Below, in pieces: positions 63,675 to 64,000 of a stretch of 64,000 nucleotides of DNA (the stretch's first letter is position 1; each line of letters begins with the position of its first letter). The DNA is taken from contig MU004185.1 in the NCBI GenBank assembly GCA_010093605.1, positions 1,633,334-1,697,333 on the forward strand, written 5' to 3'. The stretch comes from Lophium mytilinum. Lineage: Eukaryota. The notes below the pieces were generated by a model, which did not search any database, was not told the origin of the DNA, and was given only the letters and a program-made list of their open reading frames with translations. The position numbers and the translations under genes were made by a program.

Positions 63675-64000
63675 AACCCTCCTCCGAACTCGGCTATCCA
63701 CAAACCCGATTCACCCAATTTTCACAGCTTCAGCGCTTATACTACCCGCGTTGCGGCACGAACCCAATACCTGAACTGGACTGCGCCTTCTGTACATTCA
63801 CACCACTTTGCTTAGCTGCTTGCGAGACGATACGAGAGTAGGAAGGATGGATACGAGGGCTCCTGATGTTCGATACCCCACTGGATAGAGCATCATGGAA
63901 TCGATAACGAGCATATAAACGGCTGGGCCCTGTCTGGCGGAGTCTCTTTTACTCTTGCTCTGTGTTTGATTAGGCGACGTAGGCAGTCGGGTTTACTTTC

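Overview
Gene-dense, intron-containing genomic DNA from a filamentous ascomycete (GT-AG introns with CTRAY branch points; Zn2Cys6, HET and HR-PKS genes). About 25 protein-coding loci are supportable. From left to right: two RBR/IBR E3 ligases separated by an orphan ORF and two 227-bp TA-flanked impala/mimp-like MITEs, one of which supplies the stop codon of the second ligase; a Zn2Cys6 transcription factor; AlkB dioxygenase; a single-pass membrane protein; an SDR. Next comes a four-gene block of beta-carbonic anhydrase, secreted bicupin (oxalate decarboxylase family but with an oxidase-like lid), secreted SBP56/methanethiol-oxidase-like beta-propeller and SulP/SLC26 transporter, with many PacC-type sites in its promoters. 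Then F-box, SGNH-like and zinc-finger-like genes, and a partly decayed zone (in-frame TAGs in two genes, a truncated nucleoside-monophosphate kinase) that also holds SurE and a HET gene. A compact HR-PKS cluster follows (XIP-type aquaporin, PKS, FSH1/LovG-like hydrolase, Zn2Cys6 regulator, aldo-keto reductase), then a second HET gene and a CYSTM gene. No rRNA, tRNA or CRISPR was recognised. All calls come from reading motifs by eye; no database searches were run.
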